DNA of 60,056 bases, filler included, from Bipalium vagum (taxonomy: Eukaryota), in assembly GCA_037834085.1 (NCBI GenBank). It is 3 parts of 3 records of this genome, joined end to end, with 100 filler letters (N's around TTAATTAATTAA, not from the genome) between each part and the next. Parts side by side here need not be neighbours in the genome. Positions count along the whole stretch, not along the records: positions 20,743 to 43,919 come from JBBMKC010212371.1; positions 44,020 to 60,056 come from JBBMKC010130756.1; 1 more part is not named here. One strand, given 5' to 3'. The position numbers were made by a program, and so were the translations under genes. Positions 37,967 to 50,870 of the stretch are shown here, one piece after another. The stretch's first letter is position 1, and each line of letters opens with the position of its first letter. A model generated the notes under the pieces. The model did no database searches and had not been told where the DNA came from. It saw nothing but the letters and a program-made list of their open reading frames with translations.

Positions 37967-39045
37967 AAGAGGGTGGGGTGAAAACTTCTCGGTCTGATAA
38001 AGAAAAAACATCAATTTAATAGAATCTATCTTATTTTTGATAACTAAAATCATCTAGGTAATTGTATTATGATTTTCATATCATTTTTTAAAATAACTCT
38101 GTTGCAGCACTTGTTTGAATTCGCCTATAATTGCAGTTTTCAAAAAATGGATAAAATGGAGCATCGCGTTGTGATAAAATATTTCGTATTGAAAGGCTTA
38201 AGTTCAATTGAAATCAAAAATGAAATCAATTCAACTTTTGGTGAGTTTGCTCCTTCATTCTCTACAATAAAAAAATTGGTAACTAAATTTAAACGTGGTC
38301 GCACATCAATTGAAGATGATGACCGTTCTGGAAGGCCATGCATAGCAACATCTGATGGAATTATTGGAAAGATTCACAATGCAGTTCTGGATGATCGTCG
38401 TATAAAGATTCATGAACTTGCTGATATTGTGAAGATTTCAGAGGAACGCGTTCGATACATTATACATCATCATTTAAAAAACTATCTCCAAGATGGGTGC
38501 CACGTTTGCTAACCATTGATCAAAACCATCAAAGAATGAATCTGTCAATTCAATGGTTACAGATGTTTCAGTCGAATCCAAATGAATTTCTACCGCGATT
38601 CGTTACTGTTGATGAAACATGGGTACACCATCATACCCCAGAAACAAAACAGCATTCAAAGCAATGGGTAGAAGCAGATTCTAGTGCACCAAAGAAAGTA
38701 AAAGTTGTTCATTCAGCAGAAAAAGGCATGGCAACCGTGTTTTGGGATGCAAAAGGCATAATATTGATTGATTATCTAGAAAAAGGAAAACCATTACAAG
38801 AGTTTTATTATGCTTCATTATTGAGCAAGTTGAATGACGAGATCAAGAATAAACGTCCTAATTTAGCAAGAAAAAAGGTTATTTTTCATCATGACAACGC
38901 ACCAGCTCATTCTTCAACAGTTGCACAAGATAAACTCCATGAACTTCGATATGAATGGCTTCCTCATCTGGCGTACTCTCCAGATTTGGCTCCCAGTGAT
39001 TTTTTCTTTGTTTCCAAACTTGAAGAAATCGGCAAAATATTTTAA
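37967..39045 (+). mobile_element. Mariner element, irritans/Himar1-like, frameshifted and 3'-truncated
   Basis: MDKMEHRVVIKYFVLKG..EDDDRSGRP (from 38147), FVTVDETWVHH, FHHDNAPAH and YSPDLAPSDF; left TIR near 37967. Confidence 0.92.
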
Positions 39046-39066
39046 GTCCCTTAATATCATTTTTGG

Positions 39067-39100
<34 letters not shown>

Positions 39101-39110
39101 TAATAATAAA
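39067..39110. repeat. (AAT)n microsatellite
   Basis: Imperfect AAT run. Confidence 0.85.
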
Positions 39111-40863
39111 TGAAATTATGAAAGAAAGACGAAAGGAGTTGAAAAAGTTTTTGAAAAATTTTTTTGGTATACACAGATACCTTCTCTGTAGGCTAACGTA
39201 AGCTAAGTATCACACGGGAAAGGAAGTCCTACCGAAGTTAATGTTTTATCTATTAGGGGAAAGCATCTTTGCTTAGCCCGATACTCTAGGTGATGAGAAA
39301 ATGCTTGGAAAATTCGCAGGGACAATGAGGCATTGATGAAACCGAAATGGAGATCCATATTCAACATTAACAGAAAATGGCAGAGCTCCTTAAATGACTT
39401 TTCCTTCAGCCACAATCTCCAGTTTTACCTTATGACATGGATACCCCTTCGGCTTATATATGTGAAGATGAAAAGGGTCAAATTGGTAAGAAGTAGCATT
39501 TAGTGATGTTCTTCCTTACATTTCCGCAATACTCAATATTCTTCTTTTTGAAAGCATTTCCATTAAAAAAAGATATTTTTATTTCTCCATTTAAATTCCT
39601 ATTTATATTTCTTCATTTGTATCAAAGAAATGCTGTCCTCCTCAAACTATCTCGTTACAGTATTAGGCAACCAAAGGTGTTATGGGACCGGTTGATGGTA
39701 AACCATAAAAGAAACGCTAAGAATAGACATATAATCTCAACCCTTTTTCGTCAGTTAATGTGTATCGAGTAGTTTAATCTCTGTTTTAAGTTTTATTTTC
39801 CCAATATTTTTCTTTATAGTTTTTATCTTAACCTGACCATACCTTATGATTTAGTTATCAAGATTTTATTTTATTAATTGATATACACATATAATTTATT
39901 AGGTTAAACCAGGCTAGATTCAGTATCTTATTGTTACCACTGAGAGTAAGTGTTTACCAACCTCGCCTTCCGGTGAGGACTGTAGCCATCCATAATTGAA
40001 GATGTGCACGATGGAGCCAGATAATATTCATTAAATAATAATGTTAACCCTTTAGAGACATCTCCTAATTCACAGAAATCAGAATAAAGAACCTCCTGGA
40101 TATTTGTCTATTCTAACACGAAGATAAAATTATTTCAGGAATTTTTCAGACAACTTTTGTGTTTTTGCATTAGAAACCTTTGGTATAAGTAAACCATTTC
40201 CGTTTCGACATTGACGCCTCTTGTAGGACGCCAAAAATGCATTACACAATTCGTAGTACAACGGTGGTTTTATGATTCGTTTAATGTATTTGATGAACGA
40301 ATCTAATCGAGGCTTATATCTGCAAGAAATCTTTAGCCTTCAAAGTAAAAAAGGAACATTTCTTTTAAACAAAACTCACAAGACTTGTCTTGAATAATAA
40401 TGTTCAATTTATCATTATTCTTGTATAAATAAAGTTCAACACGATCCCAAAGACTCACCGATGAACAATTGCAAATCATTGTTTCATTGTTTCTCGGAAG
40501 GTAAATCATACAGGAAACGATTAAAACATTTATTTACTCTGAATATTAGATATTCTACGTTAACTTCTTCTCATTTTCCGGATAGGTCTCATGGCTAAAT
40601 CGTCATGTTATCATCAACTTTTTATTCCAGTAATCATTAAATCTAAGTTTTAATATTGTAGAAAGAAAAGTTTCATAAAACTTAAGAAATCATAATATAA
40701 ACATTGTGTAAAAAGATACAGACAAGGAGATAAGAATTCATTGATTATTATAATACACCGTGGAGTCACCATACGTTCAAAGAGAAAATATTGAATTAAA
40801 GTCAATCAAGACACGGATTTTGTGTTGGATGACGTGGCTTCTTGATGACATAATTGAATTTGC

Positions 40864-41173
40864 GGTACTATTTTACTTTAACAACCCTGTGTTATAAGCA
40901 GACCAATCATAACATAGGGTTATTTTTAGATTTCAATTTATATAGGTATTTATGTTGTTAAAGTAAAATAGAACCAAATAAACTATACTGTGCTCTCCAA
41001 CCCGTTATCATTTCAATGGAACCATCATTGCGTTTTATTGGAAAATTGATTTGTATGACATAATTATGCTATATTTTACTTTAACAACATAAATTACCTA
41101 TATAAAATCTAGAAATAACCCTGTGTTATGATTGGTCTGCTTTTAACACAGGGTTGAAAAGTAAAATATTACC
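40864..41173. mobile_element. Merlin-type fold-back MITE (310 bp) with 8-bp target-site duplication
   Basis: GAATTTGC at 40856-40863 and 41174-41181; GGTA...TACC termini; ~105-bp inverted arms. Confidence 0.8.
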
Positions 41174-42203
41174 GAATTTGCTATCAATTGGAAATACCCT
41201 TCATTACTTCAATGAATAAAACCAGACACAAAGTTTAACTCGTTGATCATAGTCATCTGGTCTCAGCTCATAAAGCAGCTGCGTTTTAATGGTTTTTCTT
41301 CTTTTCTTCTCAAAACTTGTTGAACTAAGGCTTGTGGATATTATTTTCCCATGATAAAACTTTTTGATAACAGTTTTACACCTACCATAATAATATTTAC
41401 AGTTTTCTCAAACTTCTTCCCCAGTTTAGATTATGCAGAACATGTACATGGATCTTTAATTAAATATCCATTGCGTTGGATTGCATAACAACAACTTTAG
41501 AAAATTTCCTTTGCCACAATAACATCGAATTAAATCTAGATTCATACCTAAATTTAATATTATTTTCATCACTTATTCATTTAAACAAAACATATTTTTA
41601 CGTAGTTTCTACAAACGGTTACATAAAATATATTTTCAAACAAAATTGACAGACGAGCACGTTTATTTCTTCGGTTTTGAAACCACCGTTAAAAATTATT
41701 TTCCTTAAAATTTTAGACCGTTTTTCTTTTTGTATTTCAACTTGTAAAAAAGACTTTCACAATTTCAATACAAACTAACTACATCGTAAAAGTAATAAAT
41801 AAAGACGGGATAAATTTGACGAATTACATGATGAAATGAAAAAAAAGTAATAACTAATTATCAATGTTGAAATATTGACAAATGATTCAGATAAACAAAT
41901 GCCTCCACCAATATCAATTACCAAATTGTTAATAAATCTGAAATTCCATATGAAAACTCATAACGGCCATTAGACTAATCCATGGGTTGTTATTATATGG
42001 ATTGTGGGAAATGTGCGAAGATAATCGACGAAGGTTGACCTTTCTACTCTTGATTTACAAAAATGCAAAACTTTCTATGAGTGTCAAAAGGTATTGATAT
42101 CGGGCTGATGCAAACTCAAATTACCTAGATCAACCCAACATAAAATGCCACAGAAGAGGGAACAGGGTGAGCGGAACCATTCTTTTCGAATTTTCCTCAA
42201 ATA

Positions 42204-42230
42204 TTTCATTGGACATTTTTTCATTGGTTT
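42204..42230 (+). promoter_or_regulatory. Double CCAAT (ATTGG) motif upstream of lectin paralog 2
   Basis: TTTCATTGGACATTTTTTCATTGGTTT, 61-87 nt upstream of the ATG. Confidence 0.5.
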
Positions 42231-42290
42231 AAAATTGTCTTTCGAGATAATTTTAAAGCGTTATCATTTCGGCTTTTTATCATTTTTGTC

Positions 42291-43039
42291 ATGAGATTTT
42301 CGAAGGCATTTGTTTTTGTTTTACTTCACTACACTGTTGAGATTCATTCACCATGCTCACCACCCTATTCAATGAAGAGCAACGTTTGTTATTTCGAGAA
42401 GGAGAAAGACATGGCTTTTTGTGATGGTTGGAAAACCTGTACAAGTGACCATGGTAGACTACTTCTGGGAAGCGAGGCTAAAGCTATAAAACGTAATCTT
42501 ATAATAAACAAAAATTACTGGACAAGCATCAACGATCTACTTAATGAAAGACTGGACAATAAAAGTGGCTGGATCGATGGCGATGGTTCCGAATTTACAG
42601 ATATAAAAATGTGGAGATCAAACCAACCGGATCTAAATTCTACGCAGGATTGTGTAATATTTTTAAAGGGAATGTTGTATGACCGATCTTGTAAAGACCG
42701 TAATAAAATCATTTGTGTTAAAGATCTATGGATTATAAGAGAATGGGGGCAATTTAAAAATGATAAAAAAGTTGATTTTAATAAAGGAGAAAGCGGTTGT
42801 TATACAGAAATGGACGCCAGGTCAAAAGTAGAATGTAGAATAAAGTTAATTAATGTCATATTACTGTCAAATTAATTTATTTGTTCAGGTGTTTAAACTC
42901 TGCATACTGCAAATCATTCTATTTTTCTCTACCAAGATCATTAAAGAATTGCATTTTGTCAAACTACGTTGACAGTTCACTTTCATCGAAATACGAAAAA
43001 GTAAGAGGTTGGTCAAGATATTCCTTTTCAGTAGACTAA
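42291..43039 (+). CDS. Secreted C-type lectin domain + PAN/apple-like domain protein, paralog 2 (2 exons, 234 aa)
   Basis: Exons 42291-42844 and 42889-43039, 44-nt phase-2 intron at the same position as in paralog 1. Shares FCDGWK.C, YWTSINDLLNER, YCKSFYFS and LSNYVDSSLSSK; carries a QPD motif. Confidence 0.82.
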
Positions 43040-43919
43040 GTGGATACCCCATTCATACGAGTCTTGAGCTACAGTCCAGGAACTTTGTTTGTTGTAAAAT
43101 TTACTGTAGAATTTAAATTGACATAGTCCTATTCATTTATTTATCAATGTTTATGAGTTCACTAAAGTCAAATAAATAATGTAAGAATGTCGTTTCAATG
43201 GATTCATTAATTACCTATTTACTTTTATCTCTAGTGGTTAATATCAGCGACCTGGAAATATAGGTGATCAATGCTCTATTATCTACTTTTCGAGATAGAG
43301 TATATATTTCTATTAGAGTGAAAATAGCTAGTGGAGATCTCCAAAAACCATAAATGGCTGGGAACGCTCTCCAGCAGCCATTCTCACTCTAGTACAAGAT
43401 TAGATCATTTTTGTCCATTAATCAATTTATTTTCTTAGAAATCGAATCAAAAATTATTTGGTTAATTTTTAAAAAATATATCATTACAATAATAATTCAT
43501 AATGAAAAAACTGTTGATTTCTCCATGTAAGATCTTTTTTTTGTCTTTCCTATTACATTTTCAAGAAAATCAATATTACCCTGGGTTTGATGTATGAAAA
43601 CACACAGGATTTCTGAGTGAGTTGTGTTTGATTCTCTTTAATACGAATGTGCGACTCTCTGTCATGGGTGTGTTGGGATATATAGTTTAGATTTCCTTGT
43701 GTTTCAGTCTCAAATTTTTCAAACGCACTGTCTTCGTTCTTGAAAATAATAAAAAAAAATGTGTCTCTAATATATGTTGGGTTTGAACACCGACAAACAT
43801 TTCTTATTTATTACTTACGGCTTAACTTAGGGCTCACCAACTCCCGTTTAAAGGAAGTGTATATAATAAGAGAACACTGAAATAACTAAGATAACGAATA
43901 ATGTTTCAAAAATATATTT

Positions 43920-44019
43920 NNNNNNNNNNNNNNNNNNNNNNNNNNNNNNNNNNNNNNNNNNNNTTAATTAATTAANNNNNNNNNNNNNNNNNNNNNNNNN
44001 NNNNNNNNNNNNNNNNNNN
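43920..44019. other. Artificial contig-join spacer
   Basis: 44 N + TTAATTAATTAA + 44 N. Confidence 0.92.
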
Positions 44020-45200
44020 AACAATTTTTGACTGAAATGTTCATATTAAATTCTGTTCATATTAAACAGGGTTCATATTGAACAGGGTTGACTGTATTTA
44101 TTACTAAAGTACAGTAGATGCAGCTTATTTTAATCACGGCTGATGTTATTATTTTAATGAAAGTCCCAAATCACTTGTATTAACTTACTTCATACAAAAT
44201 TCTTCTATTATTATCACGATTAATATTATCATTTGGATAATATGAAAATTTTATCAAACTTAAAATCATCTTTTTTAAAGCCTATAAAAATCCGTTAATT
44301 ATAATCACTTTAATTTATTTTGAGTTAATAATATTTTATAATTTTTTAAAATGTTTTATTCATAATTTAAGATCACAGCAAATATGAAGACAAGAAAAGA
44401 TTTATATTTTAAAGAAAAGCTGTCAAAATTGTCAAAAAGTGAGACAACACATTGAAGCTGAAATCTTGCAAATTTCACACCCACTACTGTGTAAGATTCT
44501 TTAAAAAATCCCATAAAAAAATAACAAAAATCGATGTGGTAAAGGTGGTAGGACGAGTAATCATTAAAACTTTGATTTACAGGTTTGGATAAAAAATATT
44601 AATGTTGATCCTTAAAAAAAACCAGAAAGATGAAGAACTTGCAAAACTTATGGGTAGAGAAAATTTTGTTGCAATAGACCGCTGATATAATCAATGGAAA
44701 AATAAGAACATTGTTCACAGATGTACTCATGTCGAAGAATGTAAAGCCGATGTATCAACTGTAGATCATTGGATTAAGGAGGAATGGCACAATTAAATCA
44801 TGATTAAAGCATAATTTCAACTGATAATATTTACAACGCTGATGAAATAGGGCTTTACTCTGGTGCATTAAACACATTTATGTTTAAAACTGAAACTCCA
44901 TATAGTTGCAAAGTTTCAAAGGACAGATTAACAAGCACGCGTTTTGTAATCATGTCTGGTAACAAAAAAGCTGTTGGTCATTGGAAAGTCAAAAATTCGC
45001 ATTGTTTCAAAAGCTTAAAAAACTACCAGCTGACTACTGTTAGAATTTAAAAGCTTGGATAACACATAAAATCTTCAATGAATGGTTTTTTAAATGGGAC
45101 TAAAACTTGAATTACAAAATTGTACTGCTCATGGGGTTAATGTTTCACTGAAACACATTAAAATGATTTTTACCAACTGACAGTACATACTTCATCCAAA
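44020..45200 (+). mobile_element. pogo/Tigger remnants: right TIR of one element (ends ~44094) and a decayed second element from ~44112
   Basis: GTTCATATT repeats then GTTGACTG-TA; TA-CAGTAGA start; NIYNADEIGL, KVSKDRLT and LLVIGKSK motifs. Confidence 0.75.
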
Positions 45201-45588
45201 TTAATTAATTTATATTTACTTAAAAATCTTTTAACATACTTTGGGCTTTTACTTTTTAAATTTAAATCTTTAAATAATTCATAAATTTTAAATTACATTT
45301 TTACAAATATCCTTACACAAAAATAAAAGCCAGTGATTTTCCTTGGTCAAACTTATTGATTGGTCCCAGAGGGTGTTTGCCAGAAAAATGATCCTTAGAA
45401 CGATTTTAGAGTAAACAATATTTAATTAGCATTCTAATTTTTCTAAAACTAAAATCGTTCTTATCCATTGGTCTGAGACTGGATTTTAATGTAATATTTT
45501 TATTTTAAATGGAATTTAATTAAAAAGTAAGTAAATTAAATCAATTTAATTAATAAATTTTTTTGATTTGATTGAGATATTTTTTCAG

Positions 45589-45804
45589 TTGGAGTTTTTT
45601 CGGAACCTCCCACCAATGCCACCAGAAAAGGGTAAAACAGTGAATAATTTTCGGCCCCAGTTCAGCATTTCAGATAGTAGAGATCATCTGGAGCGCGTTG
45701 TATTCAGATCTTACGGTAGTTATTCGAAAATTCTTGTCCGTGTTGACTTGATTCATGTATCGATAAGTATTTTATTTTGGAAAATCATTGAATTCAATTT
45801 GTAA
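45589..45804 (+). CDS. Terminal exon of a second alpha-carbonic anhydrase-family gene; upstream exons not in this contig
   Basis: After a tttttcag acceptor: LEFFRNLPPMPPEKGKTVNNFRPQFS..RDHLERVVFRS plus a hydrophobic tail. Colinear with the last exon of the minus-strand CA (LQQLRNFDFMKPETGKMVDNFRP..RQYLRRYVYIS) and at the same phase-0 boundary. Confidence 0.7.
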   Translation: MEFFRNLPPMPPEKGKTVNNFRPQFSISDSRDHLERVVFRSYGSYSKILVRVDLIHVSISILFWKIIEFNL

Positions 45805-47456
45805 ACATTTAATAATTGCTATTTAGATAAAAATTGTATTATTTGTTATTAGTTAGATAATTTTCTTTTAATTGTTAATATGAACTAGTTAATAAAGTTA
45901 TACTCATTCTTTGCTTATACATTTATCAATTCTATTTTATAGACCATTAAATATGATAGTTTTAATATTTTACCCGAATATGAAAACGTATTCGATCACA
46001 AAGAATAACGTAGTTTTGGTTTATTTATTTAAAAAAATAATTTTTTCCATTGGTTAGATTAGAAAGAAAATTGTTTTTCATATCTCAGTCATCTTATACA
46101 GAGTTGTTGAATTCACTACTTGATTTTTTGATATTAAAACAAACTTGATTTCTACCTGAAAATATTAATTACTGATTTTTTATAGTTTTAATTATTTAAT
46201 TAATTATTGTACTCTAATATTATTTAAAAAATCTTTTAACATTCTTAAGCTTTTACTTTTTAAATTATTGATTTAATTTGAGAGCATCATCCTAAGTTTA
46301 ACTCTATATATACATTATTTATATACATTAGTGTTAAAGTTCTTGGACACTGAATATTACAATGGTCTATTGGCAAGATCTAATTACAACTTTGAAGTAA
46401 GTGAAAACTAACATATGGAAACCATGTTGTTTCATACTGTTGTTTCTTCAAATGTACGAACCCAGTCGTATAGATTACAAAAGGTTAATAGTTATATAAT
46501 TAATTAAGTTTTAATTTAAAAAAGCACTATTAAAGAAAACTTGAAGGTAATTTATTATATTATATATATATTATTATCTTGCTGTCGAGATAACGATAAA
46601 GTTTAACTTAGTTAGTTATCCCCGTTGTCGGAATAATGATTTATTATACATATTATTATTATTATAGTAATTTTATTTGACCGTCTAGATTTTTTAAAAA
46701 TATTTGATTAATGGGGAGTAGAGGAAATACCCCTCTAAACGCAAAGATTAACAATCGTTGACAAAAATTCTAACTATAAAATCACCTCAAAATATTATAA
46801 AAACTTTTCTTAATAAGAAAATTGTTTACATTTATTTTTAAGTTTCTTAATCTTCTCGACAAAGATTATCCGAAGATTTTATTTTAACTGGTAAACATTG
46901 TTATAATGATCAATTTGCAACAGGATTTCACAAAAATATTTTAGAAGAGGAAATAGCTCTCTAAACGCAGAGCTTAGCAATTGCAGAGCGAGATTATAAC
47001 CAGAAAATCGCCAAAAAATATTACAGACTCAAAATGATATTTATTTATTTACAAAAATAATACTATTCTTCAAAATAAATTCCATCAGCTTCAATGACTT
47101 TACGCCACCGATCGACTAACATTTTTATTTGGCGAAATAGCATTATCTTTGTTTTCATTCAAAAAACTCTTTACAAGCCACCTCAATTTCAGCTCCAGAT
47201 TCAAATCGGCGCTCTCCGAGGAATTTTTGCATGGATCAAAACAAACCATAATCAGGTATAGTGATTATAAAAATAAAAAAAATAAGGTAAGGAAAAATAT
47301 TCCTTTTATTCGAAATGAATTTGTAAATAATTTTTAAAATGTCACTGGTGATGCAATGAAAGGAAATATGAATAATAAAAAAATATAGTTATTCCTTAAT
47401 ATAACTATTTTTATTCCCTCAAATAAATATTTTAAATCATTAGTATATGTAATGAG

Positions 47457-48105
47457 TAGGGAAATATTTTTTACCTTTCACCGTACCTTAATGCCTATTA
47501 AGGCAAAATATTTTTTAACTTAAAGAATTTTTTAAAAATTTATTATTTAAATTTTTAATCCTATTTTAACCTTAAAGTACACAACAAAAGTTGTTTATTG
47601 TATTAAAATAGTCCGTTATACGCGGCAATCGCATAATGGCGTACATTATGGGGATCAAAATTCAGATCTTTGCGAACGATATTTTTAACAATAGAAAAGC
47701 TTCTCTCCACAGAACATGATGTTGACTGACATGATTGAAGCAGAGCAAAAGTTGCAGGTGGTATGTCTTCTCTATTGCTCTTGATAATTTTACTAAGATC
47801 GTTGTTTGATAAGCGCTTTTTTCTTATATTCTTCTTATATATGTATATTCTTATATTACATGAATCATCCTGGAAAAAGAGTTTGGCTAGATCTTTTGCA
47901 GCTTCACGAATTGTATATTGAGTGCTCTTAGCTTTTACTATTAGTTTGCTTAAACTCTGGTACTTTGTTAGCTGAATAAGTTCTCCAGCCAAACTGCTGT
48001 TTGATACGGATTGATTTGCGCGAGAAATAAGTACTCAATTACATTCAAAACTTTCCACAATATGCCGAACAGTAGACAAATATTGAGCAAATATTTTCAC
48101 CCAAC
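47457..48105 (-). mobile_element. hAT transposase 3' fragment
   Basis: ORF 47603-47992 with TSCSVERSFS (hAT C-terminal dimerisation motif). Confidence 0.7.
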
Positions 48106-48124
48106 TAAAGAAAATAGAAAATGT

Positions 48125-49135
48125 TTTTTATTATGTAAAAATATGAATATCTTTTCTATGCAAAATTAAATAATTTTAAAAATTATGTTTTATTATTTTA
48201 AATTAGATGTTTTAGCAGATTATTTTGAAAAGTTTAGAGAAACATGTTAATTTTAATAGAAAGATACTTGTTATTTTTATTCAACCCCAGGTTTAAGTTG
48301 GAATATAAGATTAAAATTTACAAATATGAAATTAAAATATTTTAAAGAAGATACATATGATCATATATGATACATATGACAAAGGAATACAAGGTCAAAT
48401 TTCTTCTGTACATGGAAATAGATATATAAAATTAAACAATAAAATAAAACATTAGGATTTTAATTATTCTTATGAACCGTCTAAATATTAATTTAAAGAA
48501 GTTATTAAGGGGTATAACAACTCTTGTTTCTGTAATGACTCAACAAAGTTTTGATAGCATTAGGTGAACCTAAGTTCTTATTTTAAAGAAAGATATTAAA
48601 AATATTATGATGCTAATATTTTATATTCTAGCTGTGTGTTTATCAACAGAGGAAATGTAAAAAGATGAAAATTTAATTTTTGAAAGAGCTGAAAAAAATA
48701 AAAATGATAGATATATATTTATGTAGTTGATTTAGAATATCCATCTGAAATAAAAGAGAAAACAAAATACTTTCCCCTATGTCCAGAAAAATTTAAAGTT
48801 AAAAAAATATTTTTTATCTAATTATTAGAGACTTTGTCTCAACACAGGGAAAAACCCTGCTCAGAAAAATAATAAACCTTTAAATAAATTTAATGAGAAA
48901 TTAATTCTTACACAATTTGATAAAATAATTATATATAGTTGAAGGTAGTTTATTAGATTTTTTAGATCAAGGGATGATATTAAAAGTAGTACATAAAAAA
49001 TTAATATTGATAGCATCTAATTGGTTAAAACCATTTATTGAATTTTAAAAAGAAGCTAAGAGAGATGGAAATATGTTTGGGGATTTCTTTTTCAAATTAT
49101 TAAATAATGCATTTTATGAAAAAAATATTAAAATC
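48125..49135 (+). mobile_element. Polinton pPolB remnant
   Basis: LDVLADYFEKFRETC, YSTPGLSW, ISSVHGNRYIKLN, YYDANILY, YFPLCPEK and FFFKLLNNAFY; clearly related to 15700-17300. Confidence 0.8.
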
Positions 49136-49154
49136 TTCAACTTATCTAGAGTAC

Positions 49155-49560
49155 TTTAATTAAGTCTGTTCACTACCTCAATTTCATTGAAAATCGTATT
49201 CAAATAGAAATTTCATAAAAAATTTATCATATTTGAACATATCAACAATGTAAGTATAATTTGGAAATATATATATATTTTGTTGCACCTCACAGAGCTT
49301 TACAATGGCAGCCATTCTACATGACAATAACACATAGTTCGTGTATATTTCCTGTAGGAATATTGTACCATACATCTTGGATTTCCTTTCAATATTCCCC
49401 TACATTTGCAACAAAGACGTTTATTAATTTCAAAGTCATATATCCCCATAGATTTTCTATAATATTGGAATCCGGAAAATTTCTAGGCAAAATACATAAG
49501 GAGATATTTGTTGTATTGCAATATTATCATTTTTCCAGACATTGACAGTCAAATTCTATA
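49155..49560 (-). mobile_element. Tc1-like element 3' fragment
   Basis: Minus-strand FPDSNIIENLWG, EIQDVWYNIP and GATKY. Confidence 0.6.
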
Positions 49561-49615
49561 TGCTCTTTTAAGATACTTTTTGTTGAATATTTATTACAAT
49601 CATCACAAAAAATAT

Positions 49616-50665
49616 TTAGGTGTAGGCATAAGTTTTAAACCATTTTTTCATTGTTGTTTTAGTAATCTAAATATTATCAAATAACTGCCGCGAAATTTTA
49701 CATTGGTAATCAATATATTAAATTTTATAAATATATTAATTTTATACTTAAGTTATTTAATAAAAACCAAAACATCAGTCTTCAAAATGAGTGATGAAAA
49801 ATTGAACGTTCGGTGTTGCATAAGATATGAATTTGGTCGGCAAAAATGCAGCCTTGGCATTTAAATCAATATGTTCCGTTCTTGGTAATAATACCGTTTC
49901 CCACAATACATGTAAATACTGGTATCGTCGATTTTAAGAAAGGAATTTTGATGTTACCGAGCGACCACGTAGTGATGCTCCACAGATATTGGAATCAGCC
50001 AAATTGGAAGAGCTGCTGAATGAAAATATAGCCCAGCAAAACTCGCTAAACAACTTGCCATTGATCAAATAACTGTTACCAGACGACATGGAAAAAATTC
50101 AGAAAGCTGGAAAGTGGATTCCGAACGAACTTTCTCAAAGCAATATTTTATATCGATTAACAACATGTGCATCCCTTATTGCTAGACAAATAAAAAAAGA
50201 CTTATGGAAAATCATCACTGGAGATGAAAAATGGATTAATTACCATAATCCAGAATGCAAACATTCGTGGATGGACCCTTGAATGCCAGCTACTTCAGTT
50301 GTCAAAACAAATATTCACTATAAAAAGTACTCCTTTGAAACTGGTGAGATATGAAAGGACCCATTCATTATGACCTCCAAGCTGGTGAAACCATTAATGC
50401 GGAACGTTATAGAAAACAATTGCTGCATTTTGCTAAACAAATCGAGAAAAAAGACCTTTTTTCGAGCAAGGATCGCGTAAGATTGTCCTACTACATGACA
50501 ATGTCAGATCGCATGTAGCGAAACATACTCACGAAAAAATTTTACAGTTAGGTTGGGAAGTTCTTCCTCACGCGGCTTATTCTCCAGACCTTGCTCTTAC
50601 TGATTTTTATTTGTTCCGCTCAATGCAAAATGAATTAGCTGGATGTCGTTTAAAAATTGTTGACC
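49616..50665 (+). mobile_element. Decayed mariner element, 3'-truncated
   Basis: TTAGGTGTAGGCATAAGTT TIR; [24 protein letters not shown] and [16 protein letters not shown]. Confidence 0.88.
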
Positions 50666-50870
50666 AGATAAATTTGATCGTTTCTATTCCCAGATCAAAA
50701 TTATAAATACAGTTAAGAAAAAGAATTCAATTTCAGAAATTTTAAGTAAAATATACATGAAATGAAGGATAAATGATTTTTATTAATCTAAAATATAAAC
50801 AAAATTTCACACAAAAATATTATCAACAAATAATTCAAACAAAACCATAGTAAATATTAACAAATATAAT

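Noticed and set aside
38069-39045. Active or domesticated transposase
   Set aside because: Frameshifted near 38480-38500, 3'-truncated and lacking a right TIR.
38914-39174. Poly-Tyr ORF
   Set aside because: Translation of an AAT microsatellite on the minus strand.
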